A stretch of DNA of 31,231 bases from Azolla caroliniana (GCA_043228905.1 JBHGNT010000365.1:1-31231), one strand, 5' to 3'. Shown: positions 10,512 to 22,484, counted from the first letter of the stretch. Translations and numbers: made by a program. The notes: a model not told the origin generated them from the sequence alone.

Positions 10512-13500
10512 TAAGAGGAATAGCGCGGAATACTACTCGGCCACAACCGAGACTTGAATCACTTCTATGAGAATGAAACACAGAAATGGGAAATGGAGAG
10601 TACACAAGGAAAATACACAGGATGTTTACGTGGAAAACCCTAATAGGGAAAAACCACGGGAGCCCACAAACTTCAACTATCACTATATGAGAGGAAATAC
10701 AAAATGGAGGCACAGAGGCAACAACCTTGTGCTCGCGATCTTCGCCAGACGGTGGTTACAACAGAGAGTGCTCATAGCTACTCTCTCACTCTCTCTCTCT
10801 CTCTCTCTGTCGCTCTCTGTACAACAATATGAAAATAACAACAACCTTACAAAGTGATTGCCCTAAGTCATATTTATACTTATATGAACTTAGCTCTATT
10901 TACAAATATAGCCTCAATAGGCTTACTCAAAACATATTTACAAATTTGTCTTCTCTTCCGGATCTCACCGGCTCTCTTCCAATTCTAACCGGGTCTCCTC
11001 CGGTTTCCAGATCTCTTCCGGTTCTCACCGGGTCCTCTTTATTCATCACCAGATCCCATCCGGAGAGAACGATTTCCCAACAATCTCCCCCTTCACTCTG
11101 GCATGGGATGTCTTGTCAGCCCGATCCGCTTTCGGCACGCGTCCAACTTGCCGGTTGTCAGCACCTTGGTCAGCATATTCGACCCATTCTCCTCCGTGTG
11201 GATCTTCATTAGCACGAACTCTTGATCTTCTACTCTCTCCCGGATCAAGTGGTACCTCCATTGGATATGTTTCGTCCGGGAATGGTAGGCCGTATTCTTT
11301 GCAAGGTGGATGGCACTTTGACTGTCGCAGTAGAGCCAATATTGCTCCTATTGGACTCCTTGCTCTCCGATGAAGTCCTGTATCCAGATTATCTCCTTGC
11401 CGGCTTCTACAACTGCCATGTATTCCGCCTCCGTGGTTGACAACGCAACCGTCTTCTACAGACCCGACTACAGGAAACAACTCCCCCTGCATAGGTCATG
11501 ACATATCCGGATGTAGACCAGCTGGTATCCGCATCGGCCGACATATCCGAATCCGTGAATCCATCAAGTTGGGGATTATCGGAGCCAAACCAAAGACATG
11601 TACTCGAAGTGCCTTTCAAATACTAGAGTATCCACTTGACCGCATTACAATGCTCTCTTCCGGGATTGCTAATGAACCAGCTCACCACTCCGACTACATA
11701 TCCGATATCTGGCCAAGTACATACCATCGCATACATCAAGCTCTCGACGGCAGAAGCATATGGTATCTTCATCATATACATCTTCTCTGCCTTTTTCCTC
11801 GGGCTTTGTTTCCCCGAGAGCTTGCAGTTTGCCGGAAGTGTCGATCCGACCGGTTTCGCCTCCGACATGTTGAACCTTTGAAGCACATTTGTCATGTACT
11901 TCTCTTGTGACAACCACAATAGCTTCCTCGATCGGTCCTGGATGATGTGCATTCCCAATATCTGTCTTGCCGGACCCAAGTCTTTCATTGAGAAGGTCCG
12001 GTTTTGAGCCTTTTTCAACATCCAAATCTTGCCTTGGTCTCGTCCGATGATCAACATATCATCCACATATAGGAGGAGTATCAGGAAATCTTCTCTATCA
12101 AATTTCTTCACAGACACACAGTGATCAGCCTACGTCTTCTGGTACCCTTGGTCGATCATGAAGGAGTCGAACTTCCGGTACCATTGTTAGGGAGCTTGCT
12201 TTAGTCCGTATAGGCTCTTCTTCAACCGGCACACCAGGTGCTCCTTCCCTTCCTTCTCAAATCCTTCCAGTTGATGCATGTAGATCTCCTCTTCGAGGTC
12301 ACCATGGAGGAATGTCGTATTCACGTCCAATTGCTCTACCTCAAGGTCCATGCTTGCCGCTATGCCCAATACCGTCTGGATGGATGTCATCTTTACTACT
12401 AGGGCAAATATCTCATCGAAATCCACTCCTTTCTTTTGCTGGAAGCCCTTCACCACCATTCGGGCCTTATACCTGGGTGGATTTCCAGCATCTCCCAATT
12501 TCAACTTGTACACCCACTTGTTCCGGAGTGCTCTCTTCCTTTTTGGCAACTCCGTCAGTTCATATGTGTGGTTCTCATGCAAGGAATCCATCTCATCCTG
12601 CATGGCACTCAGCCACTTGTGGCTGTGGGTGTCTCTACTTGGTTCTTCGAAGCTTTCCGGCTTCTCCTCATCGGTTAGCAACACATGCTCTACATCCGGA
12701 AATCTCCGGGGGGCTCTTCTCTCTCGAAGAGGATATCTCCGTCCATGGTTTCTGACTACCGATTCCTCTATTTGTTCCTCATTCGGATCTGTTTCAGGAT
12801 CTGGTCTGGTTCCGGTGTCTTCTTCTTCTTCGGTCGATTCAGTTTCTTGTCCATATCTGACCGGTTCATCGAGTGTTATCCGGTTACCGACTAACATCCG
12901 GTTTTCAACTGGGTATATCCTTGTGTCCTCAAGCCGGTTTTCATTGGATGATCAGGAGTTCATCATCTTCTTCTCCGACTCCCAGTCGGCAATGGTCTTG
13001 TCTTCCATGAAGACCGTGTCCCAACTCCGGAACACCTTCTTGTCAACTAGATCCCACACCCGGTAACCGAACTCATCGTCGCCATATCCAAGGAATATGC
13101 ATGGTCAGGACTTCGGATCCAGCTTTTCTCTCTTGTCCTTTGCGACATGCACATATGCGAGACACCTAAACACCTTCAGATGCCAGTAAGACACGTCCTT
13201 ACTTTCTAAGGTGAGTCTCCTCCCAAGGGTATTGAGGGTGATCTGTTTATCACGTAGGTCGCCATCGTCAGCGCCTCAGCCCAAAACGTCGTGGGTAACT
13301 TGGCATGTGCAAGCATGCTCCAGACTCTCTCCATTATGGTCTGGTTCATCCTTTCAGCCAGCTCATTTAGTTCTGGCGCCTTTGGCACAGTAAACTTGAG
13401 CCCAATTCCCTTCGACCGGCAGTACTCCTCGAACTGCCCCCAGTATTCTCCTCCGTTATCTGTTCGAACCGCCTTCAGCTTCCGACCGATTTCTCTTTCC

Positions 13501-13819
13501 ACTCTCGCGTGGAGCTCCTTGAAGACGGATAACACCTGAACCTTCATCTTCAATGGTGAGACCCACCGGTTGTGGTCATCTATGAACGTCACGAAGTACT
13601 GTGATCCGACATGTGACTTCGTGTCCACTTGACACACATCGGTATGCACCACTGGAGTTGGTGCATTCCGTCTCATCGATGGTCTTGACTGGAAGTAGGT
13701 TTGGTTTTGCTTGCTAGCCAAGCAATTAGTGCTCTTCTAAAGTTGCACATCCTTCACCAGAATGAGGTTGTCTTCGGCAAGCCTCTTCATTTCCTTCTCA
13801 CTCATGTGACACAGTCTTT
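10512..13819 (-). mobile_element. pol: Ty1/copia element F, 3' half: decayed integrase-RT-RNase H, PPT and ~570-bp 3' LTR (10512-11082), nested in the RT of E
   Basis: KRLCHMSEK, VHTDVC, YFVTFIDD, VRTDNGGEY, AERMNQTI, FWAEA, WVYKLK, YKARMVVKGF, SLYGLKQAP, YVDDML. PPT GAAGGGGGAGAT at 11083-11094 precedes TGTTGGG. Confidence 0.93.
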
Positions 13820-14210
13820 TGAGATGCCACTTCATGACCATTAGACCATACATTGTAATACATAGAATATTATTTTCATTTATGTTTTATTATAGAAAAT
13901 TGATATATATTCCAGATTTCTCTATAACATTCTAGAAACTTCAGGCGTACTCCTAAAAACACTATAAAAGGAGGCACAAGGCATTATTTCGAACCAAATC
14001 GGTTCAATGCTAGTCTTAAGCCTCCTAGCTACTATTGTATACTCTCTTCACATAATATATATCATATCATCATTCTCTCTCACCCATTCTCTCTCTCTAT
14101 CTCTCTCCCTCGCTCACTCTTTCCTTCTCTCGAGAGTTCTACATCTCTCTTAGTACTAATCCTCATCTTTTAGTACTAATTCCTTCTCTATCTTAGTACT
14201 GATCCTGACA
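13820..14210 (+). mobile_element. 5' LTR of a Tcn1/sushi-like Ty3/gypsy element
   Basis: Begins where copia F homology stops (TGAGA, approximate). TATAAAAG at 13963, CT-rich U5, ends CTGACA, then a non-tRNA PBS and gag ATG at 14285. Confidence 0.7.
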
Positions 14211-14212
14211 AT

Positions 14213-14224
14213 TTGAACCGATTT
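14213..14224 (+). promoter_or_regulatory. Self-priming-type PBS
   Basis: TTGAACCGATTT is the exact reverse complement of AAATCGGTTCAA at 13996-14007, 33 nt after the TATA start. There is no TGG tRNA-type start. Confidence 0.75.
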
Positions 14225-14301
14225 TGCTCCTCTTCTGTCTCCCTCCCTTCATACTAATCTCTTATTCCTCTTTCCTCTCATCCCATGGCCACTATTAGCG
14301 A

Positions 14302-17300
14302 TGTCGTGCCTTTCGGCGCCAGATCGTTGCGTGAGTCGGGTGGGAACCACTAAGGTTTTGGACTAGGAGAAAGAAGAATTTGAGACGAGTTTGGTTATGA
14401 CTAGATTATAAGAAAGAGATATAGAAATTTCGTGAATCCCACGAGTGTATTGTATTCGATTAATCAATATTTAGATAAGAATATGTATTTAGATTGAAAG
14501 AAAGAGATTAAAAAGAACTTGTGAATCCCACAAGTATAGATTATGTCGTAAATCCCACGAATATATTTTATTAATTGGTCAATCCTTCAAAAATAATCAA
14601 CCCTTATTACATTGTGCTCCTCACCCTTATATAGTGATGAGAGAGTCTTAACAATCCATACTTTTTCTATAAATAGACTATATGCTTTATCTAAAGTGAT
14701 CATGCTTTTTCTAACTTGTGCGTGTTTTTTTTTTATCGACTATAGCGTTCATGCACGCTAGATGTGCATGCGTAACTTTTTCTTTTTCTTATGCGTTTTT
14801 CTTTTAACCAAAGTTTATCCTAGGTGAACTTAAATTTCTATGCGGGACATTTACTTTTAACACTAATGAAATGCTAGTGTAATGGTAAGGTTTCGCATTA
14901 TTAACATGGAGGTACAAGGTTCAAATCTTGCCCTATGCATGTAATATATATTTTTATACTTTCTTCTATTTACAAATATGTCTCTTCATCCGGTGAGAAA
15001 CTCTCACCGGCCTTCTTTATCCGGTTCTCACCGGGTCCTCCTTACCGGTTCCTCCTTGCCGATTCCTCCTTCATCTGATTCCTTCCAGTTATCCTTACCG
15101 GGTCCTCCTTACTGGTTCCTCCTTGCTGATTCCTCTTTCATCTGATTCCTTCCGGTTATCCTTTTCACGTAGTGTACGAAATACACTACAACACTCGCCC
15201 CCTCCAAACCCGCACATGCTCCGGTATGTGCCGAAGTTGTCGGTGATTGTTAGTCTTGTCCATTCAGTCTCCGCCCGGTTGGTTTTGTCTTCGGTCGTGC
15301 TTGGTTGCCGGCTCCTCCCGGTTTCCGGTTTTGTTCGGTTGCCAACTCTATCCAGTTTTCGGTTTTCAGTTGCTTGCTCCGCCCGGTTACCGATTGTCGG
15401 CTCTCGTATTTCTCCTTTACTCGCAATCCCCTCCATTTGTCTTGCTATGTCGACTTTGGCTCTCCATTTTGAGCACATCCAATCTTTCCACCCGAACCAT
15501 TGTTGCCATCTGATCCACCATATTCTTCTTTCATTCTTTGAATTGCCATGATCAGTTGTCATGGCTCCTTGTGCTCTTCTTGTGCAGGTGACATGCTTTC
15601 CACTTCGTCCACCTTTGTCGTATAATCTCGCGTTAGAGTTGACAATCTTCATGTTAAAGCCCTCCTTTGTCAATATCTCATCCTTGGTAACACCCTTCAA
15701 ATTTGCTTGGCCTGCTAGGTCCTTGTCATCCTTTGTAGTGCACCTACTTCGCCTCTTCCTTGTCTTTATCATCCTCGATCTCTCCGACCTCCGGTTGAGT
15801 CAGATTAGCTTCTTTCTAGATTGGTCTCGTCTGATCATCTTTCGGTTAGATCGGCTTCCATTCCAATTCATATTTGACCGAATTGGAATTGGTTGATCGG
15901 TTTTTACCGATTCGGCCCCCTTTCGGGTCGGTTTCAACAGATTGGTTTCTATCCGGATTTTCTTTCTTTTCTTTGTTTTCACCGGTCTCGACCGGTTTGA
16001 CTTCCGAAACTTCTTTCCGGATCGGTCTCGTTCGATCAGCTTCCGGTTGGAATGATTTCCGTCCGCGTTGAACTCTCAGATTTTTCCCGAATCCACTTCC
16101 GCTTGCTTTAGCTTTCTTTTAGGCTGAAATTCCGGCTGGATCATCTTCCGTCCGGACCCACTTCCGGTTTTACATTCTTTACTCCCACCTCCCGTCTCTC
16201 CGGTCTCACGTTGGTTCTCGGACACAACCGCCGAAGTCTCTAGAATTAGTGGGTAGGAATCCTCAGTATTATCGTCCTTCGTCGTTTCACCCATAGCCAC
16301 CTTCTCGGCTATCTCTCCGTCGTATGCATCGGCTTCGACCTTTGTTTTCTCTCCACCACCTTCCGTCTCTTCGGTCTCACGTTGCCTTTCAGACGCAACC
16401 ACCGGAGTCTCTTCAATTAGTGATGGGAAAGTCTCGATATGCTCATCCGACATTGATTCGTCCATAGCCACCTCCGATTCGATGTAATCTTTTGCGGCAA
16501 CCTCCTCAATCAAGTCCGCCTCGCACTCTTTATCTCCCTCGATAATGCAAGCATCGATTATGCTTACCCCTTTTTCAGCCGATGTTTCGGATACTTGTGT
16601 TCCGAAACCTTCTTCTGTTCTTGAAGTGGTGTTAGCCACTCTCAAGTCATCGACCTTATCATTGGTCGTCGTTCTTTTGCAAGAAGAGAGGGTGCCTTGT
16701 TCCACACCCTCTCCCGTGGTGTTGTCGACTTGTACTTCGGCCTTCGTATCAGCCACATCGTTTATCGTTAATCGATCATCCCTCATAGGCCATGTTGTTG
16801 CCAACGATATTCTCATCTTCCTCTTATCATGTCTTCGGCATACTCTTTCGACTTCAGCCCAATCCTCGGTAAGGCCATTTGCACCGTCATCATCTTCGAG
16901 TTCGATCCCGATGTCCATCCTTTCTTTCTGATCAATCAATCTTACGAACATTAAGACTTTATCCTCCCCTACCAATCCTTGTTCCCGCTCCAAGAGTCGA
17001 GCAAAACAATGCTCAAACTCTAGGAATCCTTGTGTTGCACTTTGGTGGGTCTTCTTTGATGCCACCCATTCATCAAACTCTCGCCAAACTCGTCCCTTCG
17101 ATCTCTCATAGTCATATGCCTCTCGTAAAGCTTCTTCAAAGGACCCCCATGTTGGGTTTTGTTGCTGTATCTTGTAGATTCTCTCTTGTAACCCATCCGT
17201 GCCTACCTGGCTAAAGGATATCACTTGCAATCTTTCCGGTATCCCACATCGCATCATCTCCGCCTTGTATTCACGTAGATAGCGTGACACATCATTTCCG

Positions 17301-18358
17301 TTGAATTGCTCGTTTCGTTGCACAAGTCGTTCTACTACCGACTTCATCTTCGACATCGCACGTTGCTCTTGTTGCATCTGCTCAATCATCATCATCATTA
17401 TGCTCATCGCCTCTTGTTGATTCTCCATCTCCTTGCCACCCGCTTTCACGTCGGGTTCACCACTTGTGTCGTGCCTTTCGGCGCCAGATCGTTGCGTGAG
17501 TCAGGTGGGAACCACTAAGGTTTTGGACTAGGAGAAAGAAGAATTTGAGATGAGTTTGGTTATGAATAGATTATAAGAAAGAGATATAGAAATTTCGTGA
17601 ATCCCACGAGTGTATTGTACTCGATTAATCAATATTTAGATAAGAATATGTATTTAGATTGAAAGAAAGAGATTAAAAAGAACTTGTGAATCCCACAAGT
17701 ATAGATTATGTCGTGAATCCCACGAATATATTTTATTAATTGGTCAATCCTCCAAAAATAATCAACCCTTATTACATTGTGCTCCTCATCCTTATATAGT
17801 GATGAGAGAGTCTTAACAATCCATACTTTTTCTATAGATAGACTATATGCTTTATCTAAAGTGATCATGCTTTTTCTAACTTGTGTTTTTTTTTTTTTAT
17901 CGACTATAGCGTTCATGCACGCTAGATGTGCGTGCATAACTTTTTCTTTTTCTTATGCGTTTTTCTTTTATCTAAAGTTTATCCTAGGTGAACTTAAATT
18001 TCTATGTGGGACATCTACTTTTTAACGCTAATGAAATGCTAGTGTAATGGTAAGGTTTCGCATTATTAACATGGAGGTACAAGGTTCAAATCTTGCCCTA
18101 TGCATGTAATATATATTTTTATACTTTCTTCTATTTACAAATATGTCTCTTCATCCGGTGAGAAACTCTCACCAGCCTTCTTCATCCGGTTCTCACTGGG
18201 TCCTCCTTACCGATTCCTACTTGCCGATTCCTCCTTCATCCGATTCCTTCCGGTTATCCTTACCGGGTCCTCCTTACTGGTTCCTCCTTGCCGATTCCTC
18301 TTTCATCCAATTCCTTCCGGTTATCCTTTTCAGGTAGTGTACGAAATACACTATGACA
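14302..18358 (-). mobile_element. Complete non-autonomous gag-only LTR retrotransposon D (TR-GAG-like)
   Basis: LTRs at 14302-15193 and 17467-18358 (TG..CA, highly similar); tRNA-Trp PBS 17445-17462; PPT AGGGGGCGAG 15194-15203; imperfect 4-bp TSD GCGA/GCGC; no pol motifs. Confidence 0.9.
16076..17449 (-). CDS. gag: Gag-like protein with a long acidic C-terminal extension (ORF 457 aa; first ATG a few codons in)
   Basis: Uninterrupted ORF directly after the PBS. FNGNDVSRYLREY...WGSFEEALREAY resembles a retrotransposon capsid and is homologous to 267-878. No CCHC knuckle. Confidence 0.75.
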   Translation of the reverse strand: MKAGGKEMENQQEAMSIMMMMIEQMQQEQRAMSKMKSVVERLVQRNEQFNGNDVSRYLREYKAEMMRCGIPERLQVISFSQVGTDGLQERIYKIQQQNPTWGSFEEALREAYDYERSKGRVWREFDEWVASKKTHQSATQGFLEFEHCFARLLEREQGLVGEDKVLMFVRLIDQKERMDIGIELEDDDGANGLTEDWAEVERVCRRHDKRKMRISLATTWPMRDDRLTINDVADTKAEVQVDNTTGEGVEQGTLSSCKRTTTNDKVDDLRVANTTSRTEEGFGTQVSETSAEKGVSIIDACIIEGDKECEADLIEEVAAKDYIESEVAMDESMSDEHIETFPSLIEETPVVASERQRETEETEGGGEKTKVEADAYDGEIAEKVAMGETTKDDNTEDSYPLILETSAVVSENQRETGETGGGSKECKTGSGSGRKMIQPEFQPKRKLKQAEVDSGKI

Positions 18359-19484
18359 GCGCTCAAGAATATCAATCTGTTTTCTCGAAGTTGCAATGCT
18401 TGAAAGAGAAGTTCCTTGCTTTGGAACAAGAAAATCATCGGTTGTTGGGGGATCTTCAACAAATCTCCTTTGAAAAGTAGCAAATGCAACAACAACATGG
18501 GGAACTTGCGTTACGCGTGCAACAACTCGAAGCAACCATCGTAGCGATGCAACAACAAGGACCCGGAACACAAGGGAATCATAAAGAACCCAAGATCGGC
18601 CTTCCCATGAAATTCGATGGAACACGATCATAGTTTAGACGGTTCCTTAATCAGGTACAACTAGTTATTCAAATGCATCCTTCCCAATATCCCACCGATG
18701 CATCACAAGTGGGTTTAGTAGGCACGTTATTAAGTGGCTCAACGTTGGCATGGTTCGCTCCGCTGTTAGAAAAAGAATCTCCATTACTAAATAATTTTGA
18801 AGAGTTTATAAGTGAGTTTAAAGCTTGTTTTGGAGATACTGGTAGCATAAGGACAACAATCAACAAAATCCGACGACTACGTCAAGGTGATCGTCCAGCC
18901 TCCGCATACGCTGCAGATTTTCGTCTACTCGCCTTTGATATCCCCTAGGATGATCAAGCATTAATGGAGCAATTTCGTTATGGTCTACGTAACGATGTCA
19001 AAGATTTACTCTTGACCTTTCCCGAAGAACCAAAGTCATTAACAGAAGCAATCAGTTGCGCAATTAGATGCGACAATCGCCTCTTCGAACGACGTTCGGA
19101 ACGTCAATTCAAGAGGCCAAGGGCAAGATCTGAGCCTACCTACGCCTCAACGGTAGTGAAACCTTTTCCGAGGGATTCATATAATGACCCTCCAGTTAGT
19201 ACTCTAACTCCAATGGAAATTGACACCACACATCGTTGTGGACCGTTATTGGAAGAAGAAAAGAAATGACGCTGAGCAAACCGACTATGTCTTTATTGCG
19301 GTGGACCGGGGCATATCACGGTAAACTGTCCCCATAGGCCAAGAAGGCAGGTAAACCAAATAGTTGCTAGTTTTGATTGTACTAAACCCGATTCTATTTC
19401 AGTAGGGATATCTGATAGTCCTAATAGTACTAATAGCCCAAATCTAGCGAACAAATTTGATGTCCTTAGTCAGTTAGAAGAAGA

Positions 19485-19537
19485 GTTAAACGACTAAGTC
19501 CAGCCAAAATAGGAGTTGTTTAGTTGGACAGCCCTAG
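19485..19537 (+). promoter_or_regulatory. -1 programmed ribosomal frameshift signal (G TTA AAC plus stem-loop/pseudoknot)
   Basis: Heptamer in gag phase two codons before the gag stop; 6-nt spacer; stem GTCCAGCCAAA (19498-19508) with TTTAGTTGGAC (19519-19529); pol lies in the -1 frame. Confidence 0.7.
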
Positions 19538-21383
19538 ATCTGTGCAGCCCTTTAGTGGTTTCATTCCCTCTAAGCAAGTTAGCAATGTGTTCGTAGGCCA
19601 AGTAACAGTTAGTACTAAAAGTACCCCTCAAGTACATGTCTTAGCACTTCTATATTCCGGAGCTAATTCTTGCTTCATGGATAGAAACTTTTCCCAAGCT
19701 CATCAGATATCACTCAAAAAACTCCTGTGTCCAGCCTCTATAGTAGTCATTGATGGTCGTCCCATTGCTTCCGGAAATATCATAGAAGAGTCGGAGCCCG
19801 TTAATATTGTCCTAGATAATCTAGCATGTGTAGTATCATTTAATATAATTAGCATCCTAGAACACCCCATTATTTTAGGATTACCATGGTTCGAATTACA
19901 TAACCCAGATATAGATTGGAGAACAAGAGAAATCCAGTATCAAAAAGCCTGAGGGTCTACTCAGGAGATTGCAACCATTTCGCTACATCAGTTGCGAGAA
20001 GAAGGACACAAGGAAGAAATGTTTCTCTTCGCAATATCAGTAAAGCCCTCAGACACCATTAAAGAGGAGTCCACCGTTCAACTTCCAAAGAAGTGTCATC
20101 ATTATGCCGATGTGTTCGATAAAGTACAAGCCAATATGCTTCCTCACCATCGACCGTATGATTGCCCCATCGATTTACAACCGGGGAAAGAGCCACCATG
20201 GGGAATGATCTACAATTTGTCACCAACCGAGCTAGAAGTCCTGCGAGCCTATATAGAGGAGAATTTGGAAAATGGTTTCATTCGGCATTCGAAATCTCCA
20301 GCAAGCGCACCCATTTTATTCGTCAAGAAAAAGGATGAATCACTTCATCTCGTTGTAGATTACCGTCGCTTGAATAAGGTTACAATCAGAAATAGGTATG
20401 CACTTCCCCTTATCTCAAGCCTTTCAGAACGGATCAATGGTGCAAGGTTCTTCACGAAGATTGACTTACGAGGAGCCTATAACCTCATATGGATCCGACA
20501 AGGAGATGAATGGAAGACCGCGTTTTGCACCAGATATGGGCACTTCGAGTATACGGTCATGCCGTTCGGCCTCACTAATGCGGCATTAGTCTTCCAGCAC
20601 ATGGCAAATGATATATTCTGAGATCTCTTGGATGTTTGTTTGATCATCTATTTGGATGATCTACTAGTTTATTCGAAGACCCAAGAAGAGCATGATTCTC
20701 ATATACTATTAGTACTAAAATGACTTCGAGAACATGGTCTTTATGCAAAGCTGGAAAAATGTAGTTTTGGGTGCAACCAAGTGGAATTTCTGGGCTATGT
20801 CATTTCCTCGGAAGGCATCTCCATGGACCCAACTGAGGTCAAAACTATGGTAGAGTGGCAGACTACACGTTCGGTGCGAGATGTGCAATTCTTCTTAAGC
20901 TTTGCCAATTTTTACTGGAAGTTCATACAGGATTACTCAAAGCTCGTTTTGCCTCTCACACAACTTACCAAGAAGGGACAATCATTTGTTTGGTCTGAAG
21001 AAACAGACATGGCTATTGAGAGTCTTAAAAAGGCATTTACATCGGCTCCAATTCTAGCGCATGTCGATCTGGAAAAATGATTCATTATCGAAGCAGATGC
21101 ATCGGATTTCACATTGGGGAGCAATCTATCATAACAGGGTAATGATGAGAGGCTACATCCTGTGGCTTTTCACTCACGCAGGTTTGACGCCGCCGAAATC
21201 AACTATGAAATTTATGATAAGGAGATATTGGCAATAGTGGACTCTTTTACGCAATGGAGGCATTTTCTAGAGGGATCCTCTCATCAAGTCACCGTATTCA
21301 GTGACCACAAAAACCTTGCCTACTTTCAGGACGCTCGTGTGTTAAATCGACGTCAAGCTCGGTGGGCCCACTTCCTCACATGT
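19492..21383 (+). pseudogene. pol: Tcn1/sushi-like pol (protease, RT, RNase H), truncated by LTR C
   Basis: ALLYSGA (catalytic D to Y), [81 protein letters not shown]; several TGA/TAA stops. Confidence 0.93.
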
Positions 21384-21625
21384 TGTCGTGAAGTACGAAA
21401 GCTTCACATTAAAAGTCTAGAATAAGATAAATACGTGATGAAAATAAAATAAACCTTTATAATGTTAATAACATACTATGATAATATTATACATTATATG
21501 TAAAGACAAAGAAATATATATCTATTATATTACATGGGCAAGAGAGGATTTGAGCCAATAATCCCCCACCTTATGACACTCTAACCTTAACATTTAGCCT
21601 ATACTAACAATTTACAAGAGATTAT
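21384..21625 (+). mobile_element. LTR C U3 fragment (part of a 455-bp duplication)
   Basis: Matches 22698-22939. Confidence 0.9.
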
Positions 21626-22484
21626 GGAGAGACGGGAGATGATGACGAGGAAGGTAAAGTCGAAAGACAGTTCGGATGGAAGATGATCAGTCCAAAATTC
21701 CGATCTAAATGAAAACACGACAACGCGGAGGTCGGGTCTACGACGGGAGAAGCGCATAATACGGAGCACGCACTACGATAGAATACGAAGCATGCACTAC
21801 GGCGTAATACGACACATGCACTACGGCGAGAAATGAACTGTGCATTATAGGCGCACGAGGACCTAAGAGCGAGTGCATATTCGGAGGTCGACATCGACGC
21901 GTGGGTAAAGCCTACGGAAGGCAAGCGTGGAGCAGAGAGAGACAGCATGTCGAGATGCTCAGGACAATGGGACAATCGAGCCAAAGGAGGACCGAAGGCG
22001 GCAAGCAAGGGGCAGAATCCAACATGCGATCGGAGTGACTGGGAGCCCAATCGGAGGACCTACGCGGCGGACAACGGAAAGAAATGCCGAAGGTCAAACC
22101 AGTTGAGGTCGGTGAACACGAGGAAAAGAAAGCTAAACCAAACTGAAACCGATCAATCGAACCCGACCCGAAAGGGAACCGACTCGGTCAAAACCGATCA
22201 ACCGAGTCTTATTCGGTCAAATACGAATCAGAATGGAAGTCGATCCAACCGAAAGACAATTGGACGAGATCAAATCGGAAAGAAGCTAATCCGACTCAAC
22301 CAGAGATCCGAAAAGAAGTCGAGGTTGATGAAGACAAGATCGCAAGAAAAGACACTACCATGAATGGCAAGGACCAAGCAGATCAAGCGAATTTGAAGGG
22401 TGTTATTGAGGATTTGATATCAACAAGAAGGAGGGCTCTAACATGAAGATTGTCAACTCTAACGCAAGATTGTACGACGAAGTG
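21626..22484 (+). mobile_element. Internal fragment of a relative of element D (gag tail/3' UTR)
   Basis: Colinear similarity to the minus strand of ~16205-15620, e.g. AAAACCGATCAACC, GAAAGAAGCTAATC, ACATGAAGATTGTCAACTCTAACGC. Confidence 0.8.

Larger units (their letters stand above)
14285..19497 (+). pseudogene. gag: Tcn1/sushi-like gag (14285-14301 plus 18359-19497), split by element D, with several stops
   Basis: Removing D and one 4-bp TSD copy restores MATISAQEYQ...; EPKIGLPMKFDG, LLSGSTLAWF, LRQGDRPASAYAADF, PMEID, zinc knuckle CLYCGGPGHITVNC (~19288-19329). Confidence 0.88.

Noticed and set aside
12350-13066. 238-aa plus-strand ORF and similar antisense ORFs over copia/gypsy pol
   Set aside because: Shadow ORFs opposite RT coding sequence, with no independent motifs.
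15095-15772. Extra (env-like) ORF in the 3' region of element D
   Set aside because: It runs into the LTR, has no transmembrane or known motif, and the homologous fragment at 21626-22484 does not keep one frame.
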